A stretch of DNA of 64,000 nucleotides from Octopus bimaculoides (taxonomy: Eukaryota), in assembly GCF_001194135.2 (NCBI RefSeq), contig NC_068986.1, forward strand, positions 73,971,048-74,035,047, in the 5' to 3' direction. A model generated the notes under the pieces. The model worked only from the letters and a program-made list of their open reading frames with translations. It searched no databases and was not told the DNA's origin. Made by a program: the position numbers and the translations under genes. Positions 1-12,255 of this stretch are shown one piece after another. Every line of letters starts with the position of its first letter. The first letter of the stretch is position 1.

Positions 1-59
<59 letters not shown>

Positions 60-204
60 ATACACTCACACTCACACACACATGGACACACACACATTCA
101 TGTGTTTGTGAGTGTATACATTAACACTTTGTCTCAGGAAGTTGAATAATTGAAGAGTTTGTGAAAGCTGTTTGTTTAAATTATTCAATTTTTCCACTTC
201 GGTT

Positions 205-1565
205 GCTTCAGAACTGTACAAGAATTACACTCTCAACTATAACCTCAAAGATCTACAACTCTATGTATCTTTATACAATTTTCCCTCAGATTGTTCTCAT
301 TCCTAAGATGGAACCAAAATTGCTTTCATGCAGACAGATCAATGCTAACACAGATCCTTGCCCTTAGAAAAATTATAGAAGATCTCAGAATCTGCAAGTT
401 AAAAAACATCAATCATGTCTTTAGATTTCTCCATGACATTTGAGAGTGTCAAGAGAAAGGTCATGTCACAGATGCTCTCAAGTGATGGTATCACCATCAT
501 GTGTGAAAATTCATCAAGCTTTATGCGAAGCACATACTGGACAACAAAATAATTTCAATAGCAGGAATCTTTCAGGGATAGTCCCTTTTCTCTTTTTCAC
601 ATTTCTATTTGTGATTGTAGTGGATTACATTCTAAGACAAAGTTTTGGCCCCCAATTCTGCTTAACAAGTAGAATTAACCAAGGAACTAGCAATTTACAA
701 TGGTGATAATCTTGTTCTCACAGTTTACCAACTGTTTGATGTGCAAGACATCTTTCATCTTTCATTTGTTTTAGTTATGAAATTGCTACCATGCTGGGAC
801 ACCGACTTGAAGAAGTTTTAGTGAAATGAATTGACCCCAGTAATTCTTTATTTTTTTAAAACCTGGTACTTATTCTATCGGTCTCTTTTGCTGAACCCCT
901 TGGTTATGGATGACATAAACACACCAACACCGGTTGTCAAGCAGTGGTGGGGGACAAACAGATACACAAACACACACTGATATACATATATATATATATG
1001 ATAGTCTCCTTTCTGTTTCCATCTTCCAAATCCACTGACAAGGTTTTGGTTGCCCACAGTGCTGTGCAGTGGGACTGAACCTGGAACCATGTGGTCTGAA
1101 AGCAAGTTGCTTACCCCACATACCTTGAAAATATGGCAAAGTCAAAGTCAGTCTCTTTATTACTGCAAAGAAGAACAAACACATGACCATCAATGAAGAT
1201 GAAAGCTACCTACCAACTTGTTCCAACAATGTCATAAAACTCAAGAAGGTCAGTGACTTCAAAGACTCTAGGTCTTATCTTATTGATTGTGAGAAAGACT
1301 ATCATATACACAAGAAATTAGCCTGGAGGTAACAAGCTTGGAAACATCTGGCAAACAAGTTGTTGAAAGTTAACAAAGCTTGCTATGTTCAGGGTACATA
1401 TAAAGAACAAGTATCCCAATGAAGCTGAATTCTGGACTAAGAGAAAGGATATTCAAGGTCACTTTGATTGTAGCTACACCAGGTTTTTCCCTTGGGGGCC
1501 CAAAACAGCTTATGGTGTGAGTGAGCTCTAGAGCAAAGAGGTGACCTTTAAAGACACATTACATT
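205..1565 (+). mobile_element. Decayed RTE-clade LINE reverse transcriptase fragment, split by a SINE at about 761-1122
   Basis: Frameshifted RT-like segments appear in the expected order: NCTRITLSTITSKIYN, LTQILALRKIIEDLR, DFSMTFESV (cf. DFSKAFDSV), FLFVIVVDYILR, GDNLVL (decayed YADD). After the SINE come LKKVSDFK and EKDYHIHKKLAW (cf. LKKVxDFKYLGS...RKALAW). Confidence 0.75.
761..1122 (-). mobile_element. tRNA-derived SINE, family A
   Basis: The reverse complement has a tRNA-like head followed by a body with a central (TA/CA)n tract. The same layout recurs more than 10 times in the window. Confidence 0.8.
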
Positions 1566-1744
1566 CATCTCTATTATTATTGCTTTTTCAATGCAAGGTA
1601 GGCTTTGCTAACCACTGTCTTCATGCTGGACAACAAGCCATATGAGATGTTATATTCTGGAGATGTAAACACACTAATAGAAGATGAATACCACTCAGTT
1701 ACATGGATGTTTTCTCTCTCTTGTCCATGCTTTTGCCACATAAA

Positions 1745-2005
1745 AGTGCTTGTGCCAGTGCCATGTAAAAGTGGCTGTGCCATGTAAAAGTAGCTGTGCC
1801 AATACCACATAAAAGCATCCACGCCAGCACCACATTAAAAGTACTCAGTATACCCTGTAAAGTGGCTGGCATTAGGAAGGGCATCCAACTATAGAAGCGA
1901 AGCCAAAATAGACAAAATGGAACCTGGGCAGCTCTCTAGCTGACCAGCTCCTGTCAAACTGTTCAACCCATGCCAGCATGAAGAACAGATGATTAGTGAT
2001 GATGA
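1745..2005 (+). mobile_element. Interspersed repeat, family C (SINE-like, (GAT)n tail)
   Basis: Contains ggaagggcatcca...ccatgccagcatg...gatgatgat. Related copies lie at about 12490-12690, 25570-25740 and 40735-41072, and reversed at 4560-4760, 9610-9850, 11675-12255 and 38770-38960. Confidence 0.7.
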
Positions 2006-2021
2006 TGATATGATGATGATG

Positions 2022-2070
<49 letters not shown>

Positions 2071-2130
2071 TTTGAACTCTAGTTGTTATCTTGTTAATGT
2101 CATAAAAATTCTTTCTTTCTTTTCACCTCT

Positions 2131-2210
<80 letters not shown>

Positions 2211-2814
2211 GAAATATATATAAGTGTATGTGTGTGTGTACTGTACTCTCATTTGTGTTGGGCTCTCAGTATCTATATCAATCCGTTTGTGCAGTTATCA
2301 ATTTTTAAGTCTTACTTATATACAAATATCCCCACTCCCCTCCATCATTCTGTCTGTTTACTGAACCCATCCATCCATACATCCATCCATCCTGCTGATT
2401 CTTTATCTTACCTTCTGCCTCTTATCTTATCTCACCATTCATTAACTTATTTCACTATCTCCTTTCTCTATTTCATTTACCAATTTTTTCTTCTTATCTA
2501 TCTGTCTAATCTCTCCTTTCATTAAACTCTAATTAAATTGCTGGCATGAAAAATGTCTTACTTCTCATTCTTCACGAAGTGGGCCCTTCATAATTCTTAA
2601 ACTAAGGACTTTGGTGAAACTTTAAGCAGGATACTCAAATTTGGTTGTATGAAGTAGTAAGGGTGCATATGTTGAGACCTCAGGCTGGATATTCCCATTT
2701 CATTAGTTATTCAGTTTTTAATTAAATATCTTCCCTCATTACATTAATTAAGGTATCATTACTTGACTGTTACATCCCCAGGTCGTTTCTTCTGTCATTA
2801 TTATAATGACTTGA

Positions 2815-3410
2815 AAGGCAGTGAGCTAGCAGAATTGTTATCACATCGGACAAAATACTTAGTGGCATTTTGTCCGTCTTCACATTCTGAGTTCAAATTC
2901 CACCGAGGTCAACTAGTAATTGACTAGCTCCCCTGACCCCAAGTTTCAGGCCTTGTGCCTATAATAGAAAGGATTATTATAATGGTCTGAAAGGTGGTAA
3001 TCTAGCAGAATTGTTACCGCATCGGACAAAATACTTAGTGGCATTTTGTCTTCACGTTCTGAGTTCAAATTCCACTGAGCTCATCTTTGCTTTTCATCCT
3101 TCTGGGGTCAATAAAACAAGTACCAGTTGAGTTCTAGGGTAAATATAATCGATTTTTCCCTTCCACTGAAATTGCTGGTTTTGTACCAAAATTTGAAACC
3201 ATTATCATAATGGCTTGATTATTAAGGTGATGAACTGTGAGAATCATTAGTACATCACATCAAAGCTTTTCAGCATTTCTTCCAGTTCCTTAGCCTTTTT
3301 TCTTTTTGGGATCAATAAAATAAATGCTAGTTGATCGCTTGTGTCTATGGTATTGCCTTACTCCATCCTCTCAAAATTGCTGGCCTTGTGCCAGAATTTT
3401 AAACCATTAT
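2815..3410 (+). mobile_element. Three tandem copies of tRNA-SINE family B
   Basis: The head aaggcagtgagctagcagaa / aaggtggt... starts at 2815, 2991 and 3224. A B-box-like gagttcaaattcc is present in the first two copies. Confidence 0.8.
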
Positions 3411-4274
3411 TATAATGACTTATGTATATTATCATAATATACTCTATCACAATGTTTCATTTATATTATTGGGCATCAATACAATGATCCCTAATCTGGC
3501 AAGTTCAGAGAGGACTATGGTTTACTGACAAGTTCTAATAAAGCTGAAACATGTTTGGAGTTGTTGCTTTTACTTGCTAAAATCAGATTAAAATAACATC
3601 AGTCATTTATCAAATGATTTCTTTTCCTCAGCACAAAATTATTATTATTTATTAATTAAATAATTTTCTTGCCTCATTACATTAATTATGATGACTGTAA
3701 CTTGACTGAAATTGTTACCTATTTAATAACTTGAGACAATTGTTTGTTATTGCAGCCCAACTAACTCACCTTGTTTATGCACTGGTTTAGCTGGAAGTCA
3801 TCAGTTGAATGACGGATTGACAATTGACAACTAAATAAGTTAACAAACAGAGATTTAGATATAATGGCAGAGAAGAATTGGTTGAGGGTTTAGCATTAAA
3901 ATCAATGACAGGACAGCTTAAAACTGATTTTACAGGTAAACACATTAAGTCAGTTGACAGATGGGCCATAGAATTTAGCCGAACATTATCAGCAAACAAA
4001 AGAATATAGATATTAATTCTCATGTGTGGAATGTGGATTAGCCAAACTTGAAAACAGAGATATCATGTGACATGAGGGGCTTTTAAGGAAAATTGTACTA
4101 CTAAATGAACAACAGTTGGACAGGTGAGTAGAAAATGATGTTGTAGGTATATGGAAAAACTCATTGAAAGATGAGTATGAATGTATATGCAAAGTCAAGT
4201 GTGCATATAAATGGTTGATAAAATATCTATACCTGTAGCTGTTCTAATTAATTTAAGGAATGGAATGGTACATC

Positions 4275-4495
4275 CCAGTGTGTGGCACCTTGGGCAAGTG
4301 TCTTCTACTATAGCTTCAGGCTGACCAAAGCCTTGTGAGTGGATTTGGTAGATGGAAACTGAAAGAAGCCCATCATTTATATGTGTTTGCGTCTGTGATT
4401 GTTCTCCCCATCACCACTTGACAACCAGTGCTGGTGTGTTTACGTCCTTGTAACTTAGTGGTTCAGCAAAAGAAACTGATAGAATAAATACTAGG
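4275..4495 (+). mobile_element. SINE family A copy (5' truncated)
   Basis: Contains gtggcaccttgggcaagtgtcttctactatagc...gtggatttggtagatggaaactgaaagaagccc. Confidence 0.75.
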
Positions 4496-4779
4496 TCAGT
4501 TTTATGCATGCATAAAACTGAAAGTTCTCATTATGTGTTACAAAATCTCTCACTTCCAGAGGAAATGCTTCACTATCATCATTTAACATCCACTTTTCCA
4601 TGCTTGCATGGGTCAGACAGAATTTGCTGAAGCAGATTTTTCTGTGGCCAGATGCCCTTCCTATAGCCAACTCACACTTATTTCCAGGCAAGGTATTATT
4701 TCCCTGTAATTAGAAACGCTTTCTATGGAAGACTGGAAATGAACATCCTCACTTATATAATCCTTTATACTAAAGGTGC

Positions 4780-4975
4780 AAAGCCTGAAATTTTAGAAGA
4801 GGGGACTAGTCAATTACATCGACCCCAGTGTTTCACTGGTACTTAATTTATCGACCTCGAAAGGATCAAAGGCAAAGTCAACCTTGGCAGAATTTGAACT
4901 CAGAACGTAAAGATGGACAAAATACCACTAAGCATTTTGCCCAGTGTGTTAATGATTCTGCCAGCTCACCACCTT
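4780..4975 (-). mobile_element. SINE family B copy
   Basis: Contains gaaaggatcaaaggcaaagtcaaccttggcagaatttgaactcagaac...tctgccagctcaccacctt, the reverse complement of the family B head. Confidence 0.8.
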
Positions 4976-5224
4976 TACTCATCTATATAAGGATAATATT
5001 CATTTACAACCATCACTTAATATGTAAACATGAGTACACCTCACACACATATGCATGTGCATGTGTGTATGTGTGTGTGTGTGTATACACATATAGATAT
5101 GTCTGCATGTGTGTGTGTATATACGTACAATACTTAGAAAAGTTTCAGTCAGGATTAGTCCAGGCCATGGCTAACTTAATTGCACCATCTGGGAAAGACA
5201 TTTAGTGATGTTTTATATTACTCA

Positions 5225-5450
5225 TTATTTTGGATATCATAGCCCATTTGAGTAAAAAAGAGTTATTGTTTGCAGAGATATATCCAGGTGTAGGTGGATT
5301 ATCTGGAATTTGTTGGGGATATTTGTCCAGGAACTGTTTAAATGTTATAAGATCTCTTTCATCTCTTATGTATTTTAGCATGATGTAAAAGATAGCAGGA
5401 CCAGTTGTGGTGAAATAGTTCTGTCTTAGTGTTGTGGTGTGGCCTGTGCA
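5225..5450 (-). mobile_element. CR1-group LINE ORF2 C-terminal fragment
   Basis: The minus strand reads TLRQNYFTTTGPAIFYIMLKYIRDERDLITFKQFLDKYPQQIPDNPPTPGYISANNNS. This matches the CR1-type tail pattern GPxLFNxLPxxIR...FKxxLDxxLxxIPDxP...GY...NS. Confidence 0.65.
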
Positions 5451-5465
5451 TGATATAGCCTATAG

Positions 5466-5499
<34 letters not shown>

Positions 5500-6005
5500 T
5501 GTATGTATATACATCCTCATCATACACACACACACACACACACACATATGACAGGTATCTTTCAGTTTCCATCTAGCAAAACTCCACTCCTCCACTCCCA
5601 AGGTTTTGGACTGTAGTAGAATACTTGCCTAAGGTCTTGCACAGTATAGCTGAACCCAAGATCACATGGTTTAAAAGCAATCTTCATGACCACACAATCA
5701 TAAAACAACTGAAGATAGCTAGAAAGAATACTCAGTGAAATGTATGGCAATGAAAATTCTTTAAATCTTGGTTTATAGTCTAATTATTTTTTTTTCTGAG
5801 GAATATTAGAAACATAAGCATTGACAAACTTTTGCAAAAGTTGAGAAATTGTGCACTTAAAAAATGTAGGAGCTGATTATTTTGTGTTTATGAGCATTTT
5901 AGTGTTTCATTTTATGCATGTTTTATTAGGGAGAAAAAAAAAGACTATTATAATTAGGTATTAAACTAGCTCTGAGTTTAATTTGTTATGTTCTTAATTT
6001 TACAG

Positions 6006-6068
6006 ATGAGAGCCTTGGAGGAAAGAGCTATTGCTGCAGATGAAAAAGCCAAGGACAGTGAACAGCAG
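6006..6068 (+). CDS. PLEKHH1/2: Internal 63-nt phase 0-0 coding exon encoding a coiled coil (MRALEERAIAADEKAKDSEQQ); probable PLEKHH1/PLEKHH2 (MAX-1) orthologue
   Basis: Canonical acceptor ttcttaattttacag| and donor CAG|gtaagg. Only one frame is open; the other two hit TGA. The peptide aligns without gaps to human PLEKHH1 as I recall it, MQELEQRLLEAEQRAENAETQ (8/21 identical, many conservative changes). Exon status is well supported. The gene name rests on a recalled 21-aa match only. Confidence 0.6.
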
Positions 6069-7613
6069 GTAAGGCAAACAACTTGTTTTGATTGGTCTAT
6101 GCTGATCAACTACAATTTTTGTAAATGGGTAAATTTACCAGTTTGAATAGTCACAGTAAGTGACTTTATTGAGATTGGTTGATGATATGTTGATTCCAGC
6201 ATCACAACACACCAAAACAATTATTGGTTATACCTATTCCTCATGCTCTCTATTTACATACAGTAACGTATGTTACATCACTAGAAATCAAATGTCTTTG
6301 CCATGTACATAGTGTAGTATATCAAAATATGGGATACATTTTCAACAAAACTCCAGTGTTCTATTGACCAGCTTACAACAACTCTTGGAGACTGAGATAA
6401 TCTGAATCAAATATCATCAAATACAATGAAATTAGTGGAAGACATCCAAAGAACTTGATCACTGGTGATGTGTTTGTTCACTAATTCATATTGTTGAATT
6501 AAAATCTCAAGTATGATTTATCTATTGTAAATCAATATTGTTGGCTAATTAACTGTTGTGAATTAAAATTAAGTGGAGCAACATCAAAAACAAATATAAC
6601 CTCAAAAATAAACTACAAAAAAAAAAAGAGAAAAGTTGAATATTTGCAAGGAATAAATAGATCTTATGTGGCTGATTAAAATGTAAAAGGTTCTCTCATA
6701 TTTGTAATAATTGGCTTCTGTTGTAATTTTTGTTTTTGTGTAAACTTCAAACTATTAACTATAAAGTGTTGATAAAATATCATCTTTTTTTTAAACCTCC
6801 TTTGTATTTTGCTAATTATATTGTTGCTCATCAACATCAAACAGCATTCAGTATTAATTTTGAAGGCTTTTATGAAATGAGCAATTATTTTCAGAATTAT
6901 GGGTCTCAGGCCAAAAACTACACTTGAGTTCTTGGTTTGTGTTGCATTGTCATTTCATTTGTAAATGCCATTTCACTAAATACTCTGGCTGTTATTACTT
7001 ATTACTATTTTTGTCTGTACCAATTCTTTCCTTTTATTTTCTTATTTTATCCAAACAACAAGAGGTTTGGGCATTTGGCATTGTTCTTTACGAAACCCAA
7101 AAAACATATTTGAAAGGCTGTCAAATATTTTTAGTACAAGTCACAGAAAATTTGTCTGATAGGAGTTAGGACAAGCATGTTTAATGTGATTCCCAATAAA
7201 TGCTACGATATCCTATATTTGTTCTACCGTACATATATCTACAAATTTAAGAAGAATTCTTTAGAGTAGAAACTACACCTCACTATATTCTTCAGACAAT
7301 ATCTACCTAGAAATGCTTACATAATAGGCACAACTACAATATTTCTACATTTTACAATATAAACATATTTGTGTTTGTTCATCTGATTTTCAAATAGAGT
7401 AGTCCAAAGTTGTTTTAAGTTAGATTTTTTTCATCTCTTATTTTTCTGTAATGACAGAAATTCTATGTCAAACACTCAGATCATATGATTCACGATATAT
7501 ATAGATGATGGATGGCAAACAGAAGTATTGATATGAGTAAACATACACTTACACATACAGATATACAAATACACATACACACTTAAATCTATACGTACAT
7601 ACGTAAACACATA

Positions 7614-7695
<82 letters not shown>

Positions 7696-8021
7696 TAAAT
7701 ACATACATACATTCATACTCATATACGAATACATATACATGTGAAAGCACATATGTGAACACATACAGGACAATGTGCATACACCCACACATACACATAA
7801 ATGTAAGAAATATCAGAATTTTGATCACAAGCTGTTTTAAGTGAATTTAGGTTTATTTCATGATGTCTGCTGAGTTTTCAATTTTCTTTTCTTCTGATTT
7901 CGTTCTGTCACTAAATTTTGATTCTTAGCGTTTTGGTATTGGCAGCACCAATGTTCAAAAACACTTTTCTTTACTCACTTTCTTGTGTTTTTCACCTGTC
8001 TGTCTGTCTGTCTGTCTCTCT

Positions 8022-8066
<45 letters not shown>

Positions 8067-8711
8067 TCTCTCTCTCTCTCTCTCCTCTCTCTCAAACACA
8101 AAACAACATAGAATGTATAAATTGAAGGATTTTTCTTTTACAGTAGAAGCAAAAGTATGCTGATGCTAGCATTGCACATGCATTGGTGTGCATGCATGTG
8201 AAGTGGATGGTGGTGTATTTGTTTGTGTATGTATGTATGCATGCATATACACAAATGTACTAATTAGCCATTGGTATTATTGCAAGAACTGATATTTTAA
8301 ACTAAAACGAATGTAAAATATCAACAGTGCTTACTGAACAGTTTGTATTGTTAGTCTGTATCTAAGTGTTTGTATGTATGTGTAAGCAAATGTGTATGAG
8401 AGGGTCCTATCTGTGTGTGTGCGTGTGTGTGTGTGTTAGTGTTTGAGTATTGTTGTGGTTATCTCTTTTGAAATTTAGTGTTGCAATTTGGTGTGAATTA
8501 GAGAATATCCTCAGCTGGAATTGAAATGAGATCTGAAACTTCTGGTGAGAACATAACCATGAAGATGATGAACAAGTCTTGTAGAAAGATCTTCTCCTCC
8601 CTTTTAGAATATGGTTTCACATCAAGAATGATGTTATATTGAACCCCATCTCTGTATCACTTTCTGTAGATTCAAGACATTCTTTGAGAGAAAATAACAA
8701 TGATATCAAAA

Positions 8712-8930
8712 CTTGATTTCAAATTTTGGCACAAGGCCAAGAATTTTGGAAGGAGTTATGTTAGTTATATTGACCTCAGTGCTCAACTGGTACTTATTAT
8801 ATCAACTCCTGAAAGGGACGAAAGGCAAAATCAAACTCAGCAGAATTTGAACTCAGAATGTCAAGTTGGAAGAAATGCCACTAAGCAATTGTTCTAGTAT
8901 GGTGATCATTCTGCCAGCTTGCTGCCTTAA
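8712..8930 (-). mobile_element. SINE family B copy
   Basis: Contains gaaagggacgaaaggcaaaatcaaactcagcagaatttgaactcagaatg...tctgccagcttgctgcctt. Confidence 0.75.
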
Positions 8931-9231
8931 GCCGTGAAGTAGTATTCTCAAAGATAAGTCATGTATGGGTTGAGGGTTGGGAGGAAGGGTATCTCCCATT
9001 ATCTCAGACTTGACCTTCGGTCAGTAAGTAGGTAAGTCTATGACAGCAAAGAACAAAGCTAAAAATGTTCTATGTGCGTGACTGAGGAGAGAAATGCTAT
9101 CACACACCATCACATGACAGTCAGCTTAATTGTAGAAAGGTATTCACATGACAAAACTTATCTCTCTTCTTTAAATATAATCAATCGTTTAGCTAACACA
9201 GTTTCAGGAAGCTTTCTGACTTTAATATGTT

Positions 9232-9590
9232 TTTACTCTTTTACTCATTTCAGTCATTAGACTGCAGCCGTGCTGGGTCACTATCTTGAAAGATCTGTTT
9301 TAGTTGAATGAATTGACCCCAGTATTTATTTTCTTACTCTATTGATCTGGTACTTACTCTATTGATCTCTTTTGCCGAACTGCTAGGTTACAGGGCTGTA
9401 AACACACCAGCACTGGTGAGGAACAAACACAAGCACAAAGATACACATACACATATATGTAGTTGTATGATGGTTTCTTCCAGTTTCCATCTACCAAATC
9501 CACTTACAAAGCTTCGGCTGGGCTGAGGTTGAACTCAGAATTATGCTGTTAGGAAACAAGCTTCTTACCACTCAACCATCTTTATGCCTA
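9232..9590 (-). mobile_element. SINE family A copy
   Basis: Contains cagtcattagactgcagccgtgctgg...ccaaatccacttacaaagc...aagcttcttaccac. Confidence 0.75.
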
Positions 9591-9913
9591 TATGTCTAAA
9601 ATATTAGCGATCATCATCATCATCATCATCTTCCTCATCAGTTTAATGTCCTCTCATCAATGCTTGCATGGACTGGATGGAGTTTACTGTGGCAGATTTT
9701 CTACAACCAAATGCCATTCCTCTTACCAGCCCTTATCTGTTTCCATACAAGGTAATATTTCCTCATTGCCAGACATGTTTCTACAGAATATTGGAAATTA
9801 ATGACGTTGCTTGTATGACAGTGACTATCATTTATAACTGTCATACAATGTCTAGACAAGGCAACACACATGCACGTGTGTGCGCACACACAGACGTGCG
9901 TGCGCACGCACGC

Positions 9914-9955
<42 letters not shown>

Positions 9956-10139
9956 GCTTCGTTCAGATTTTGCCTTCAAAATTCTCTCACAAGGCATTAG
10001 TCAACTCTAGGCTACAATAGAAAATACTTGTCCAAGGTGCCATGCTGTGAGATTGAACCTGAAACTATGTGGACAAGAAGCACATATATTATTATTTTTG
10101 ATATATATATATATATATATACATGTATACATACCTGAT

Positions 10140-10512
10140 GATTGCTTCATCTCAACAGATGATAGCCGTCCCATCAACACACACACCACACTCCATCACA
10201 CAGCACAATCACTACTCCGTTGATGAGCCCTTAGATGACTTTTAAGACCAGCTGCTGATTGACAGGATTTAAAACACAAGTGACAGTTATTAGTTAAGTT
10301 TGGAATCTGATTCTGAAGGAAGGTTTTTGTAAATTAGTGTATGTCTTTTAAGTCCAGACATTGTCTTACAAGTTTTTTAACATATGAAACAAGTTGTAAG
10401 AGGCAGTTGGTGTCCAAGATCATTACCTACCTGGGCGTTACAATTTTCATGTGACTTCATATGATTCGCGTATCCTGCTTTTGACAACAGAACATGGTCA
10501 CATATAATACAT
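10140..10512 (-). mobile_element. LINE (probably RTE-group) 3' end encoding three decayed C2H2-like motifs
   Basis: The minus strand reads CIICDHVLLSKAGYANHMKSH, then CFIC*KTCKTMSGLKRH, then (frameshifted) CHLCFKSCQSAAGLKSHLRAH, followed by a short tail ending near ggacggctatcatc. Confidence 0.55.
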
Positions 10513-10571
10513 ACATACATGTGTGTGTGTGTATACGTATGTGTGTATACATACATATACATTCTTTTATT

Positions 10572-11150
10572 ATTTTACTTGTTTCAGTCATTTGACTGTG
10601 GCCATGCTAGAATACTGCCTTAAAGCATTTCAGTCAAAGAAATCGACCTCAGAACTTATTCTTTGTAAGCCTGGTACTTATTCTATTAGTCTCTTTAGCC
10701 AAACTGCTAAGTTACAGGTACATTTACACACTAGCATCAGTTGTCAAGCAATAGGGATGGAAGACAAATACAGACACACACACACACACATATGAATACA
10801 TATACATATATATGTACAGCAGACCTCTTTCAGTTTCCATCTACCAAATCCACTCACAAGGCTTTGATTGGCCTGAGAATGTAGCAGAAGACACTTGCCC
10901 AAGGTGCCATGCAGTGGGACCATACCCAGAACAATGTTGTTGGGAAGCAAGCTTCTTACCACACAACTACACCCTGCCCCTATACATATGTATACATACA
11001 TATATGTGTGTGTGTGTTTATATGACAGGCTACCACACAGTTTCCATCTACCAAATTCAGTCACAAAGTATAGGTTGGCTTGGAGCTATAATAGAAGACA
11101 CTTTTGTCCAAGGTATTGCATAGTGGGTCTAAACCCCCAAACCACATGAT
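10572..11150 (-). mobile_element. SINE family A copy with a second, duplicated head segment
   Basis: Full body at about 10572-10980. A second cagtttccatctaccaaat...gaagacact...ccaaggt segment lies at about 11020-11150. Confidence 0.7.
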
Positions 11151-11847
11151 TGCATGGGGAAACAACTTAAATGAAACATTAATGATATTAACCACATTGG
11201 TCCCAGAAGGCTTGTAGAGGTCATGGATCTGACCCTTTCTCTAGATTCAGTAAAGTAAAGAAAAACAAAGCCTCAATAACAATTATTACCACTTTACAGA
11301 ACTTTACATCACTAGAATATTTCATGTCTCCAAATCAGGTGCCTTATTACTGTTTGACTATTGTATGTGTAAGATTGTGGCTGCATAACCATATAGTATG
11401 TTGGTTGTATGTTAGTATTCTATGTACAAGGCTAACAGGTTTTTTTGATTATCACACTTTAATTTGCAATTTTATGGATTGTTGAAATAGATTTATCAAG
11501 CAAATATTTACATATAGTTCTTGTATTACAACATAATTAAATTTACTTTATTTTTGTCTTTGTTTAGTAGTTTGCTGCTAATTAAATTTTATCCATTGAG
11601 TTATTTAAATTTCCTTCAAATAATTTTATACATGAAATTTAACCCTTTTCGATAATCTCCCTTCAGATATCATTATCATCTCCATCATTTAGCATTCATT
11701 TTCCATGCTGGTATGGGTTAGATGGTTTGACTAGAACTGGTAAACCAGAGAGCTGCACCAAGCTTCAGTCTGTTTTGGCTTGATTTCTACAGCTGGATTC
11801 TCTTCCTAATGCCAACCACTCCACAGAGTGTTGTGAGTGCCTTTTAC

Positions 11848-12255
11848 ATGTCACCGGCATGAGTGCTTCACATGTGTCACCAGCATAGGTGCCTCACACA
11901 TGTCACCAGCACAGCTGCTTCACATGTGCGACCTCACATGTGTTGCCAGTGCAGGTACCTCACCTGTGACACCAGCATGAGTCCTTCACTTGTGTCACCA
12001 GCACAGTTACCTCACATGTGCCATTAGCATAGGTGCCTCACATGTGTCACCACCATGGGTGCTTCCCACATGTCACTGGCACAGGTACCTCATACATGTC
12101 ACCAGCGTGAGTACCTCACCTGTGACACTGGCATGTGTGCCTCACCCATGTCACTAGCACAGGTATTTCATACATGTTACTGGCACAGATGCCTCACTCA
12201 TGTCCCCAGCATAGGTACCTTACCTGTGTCACTGGCATGTGTGCCTCATATGTGT
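11848..12255. repeat. Degenerate minisatellite, about 24-bp unit, about 17 copies, inside a family C repeat
   Basis: The consensus tgtcaccagcacaggtgcctcaca repeats head to tail with substitutions and without unique spacers. Confidence 0.85.

Noticed and set aside
4090-4131. Strong donor ggacag|gtgagt upstream of the real exon
   Set aside because: The only plausible reading ends in phase 2, which would create a stop on splicing to 6006, and the acceptor is weak.
7476-7828. Many 60-150 aa ORFs rich in YI/CV/HT/LS dipeptides throughout the window
   Set aside because: They are translations of (TA)n, (GT)n, (CA)n and (CT)n microsatellites.
11848-12255. Repeat array as a possible CRISPR
   Set aside because: The units are contiguous and degenerate with no unique spacers, the context is eukaryotic, and there are no cas genes.
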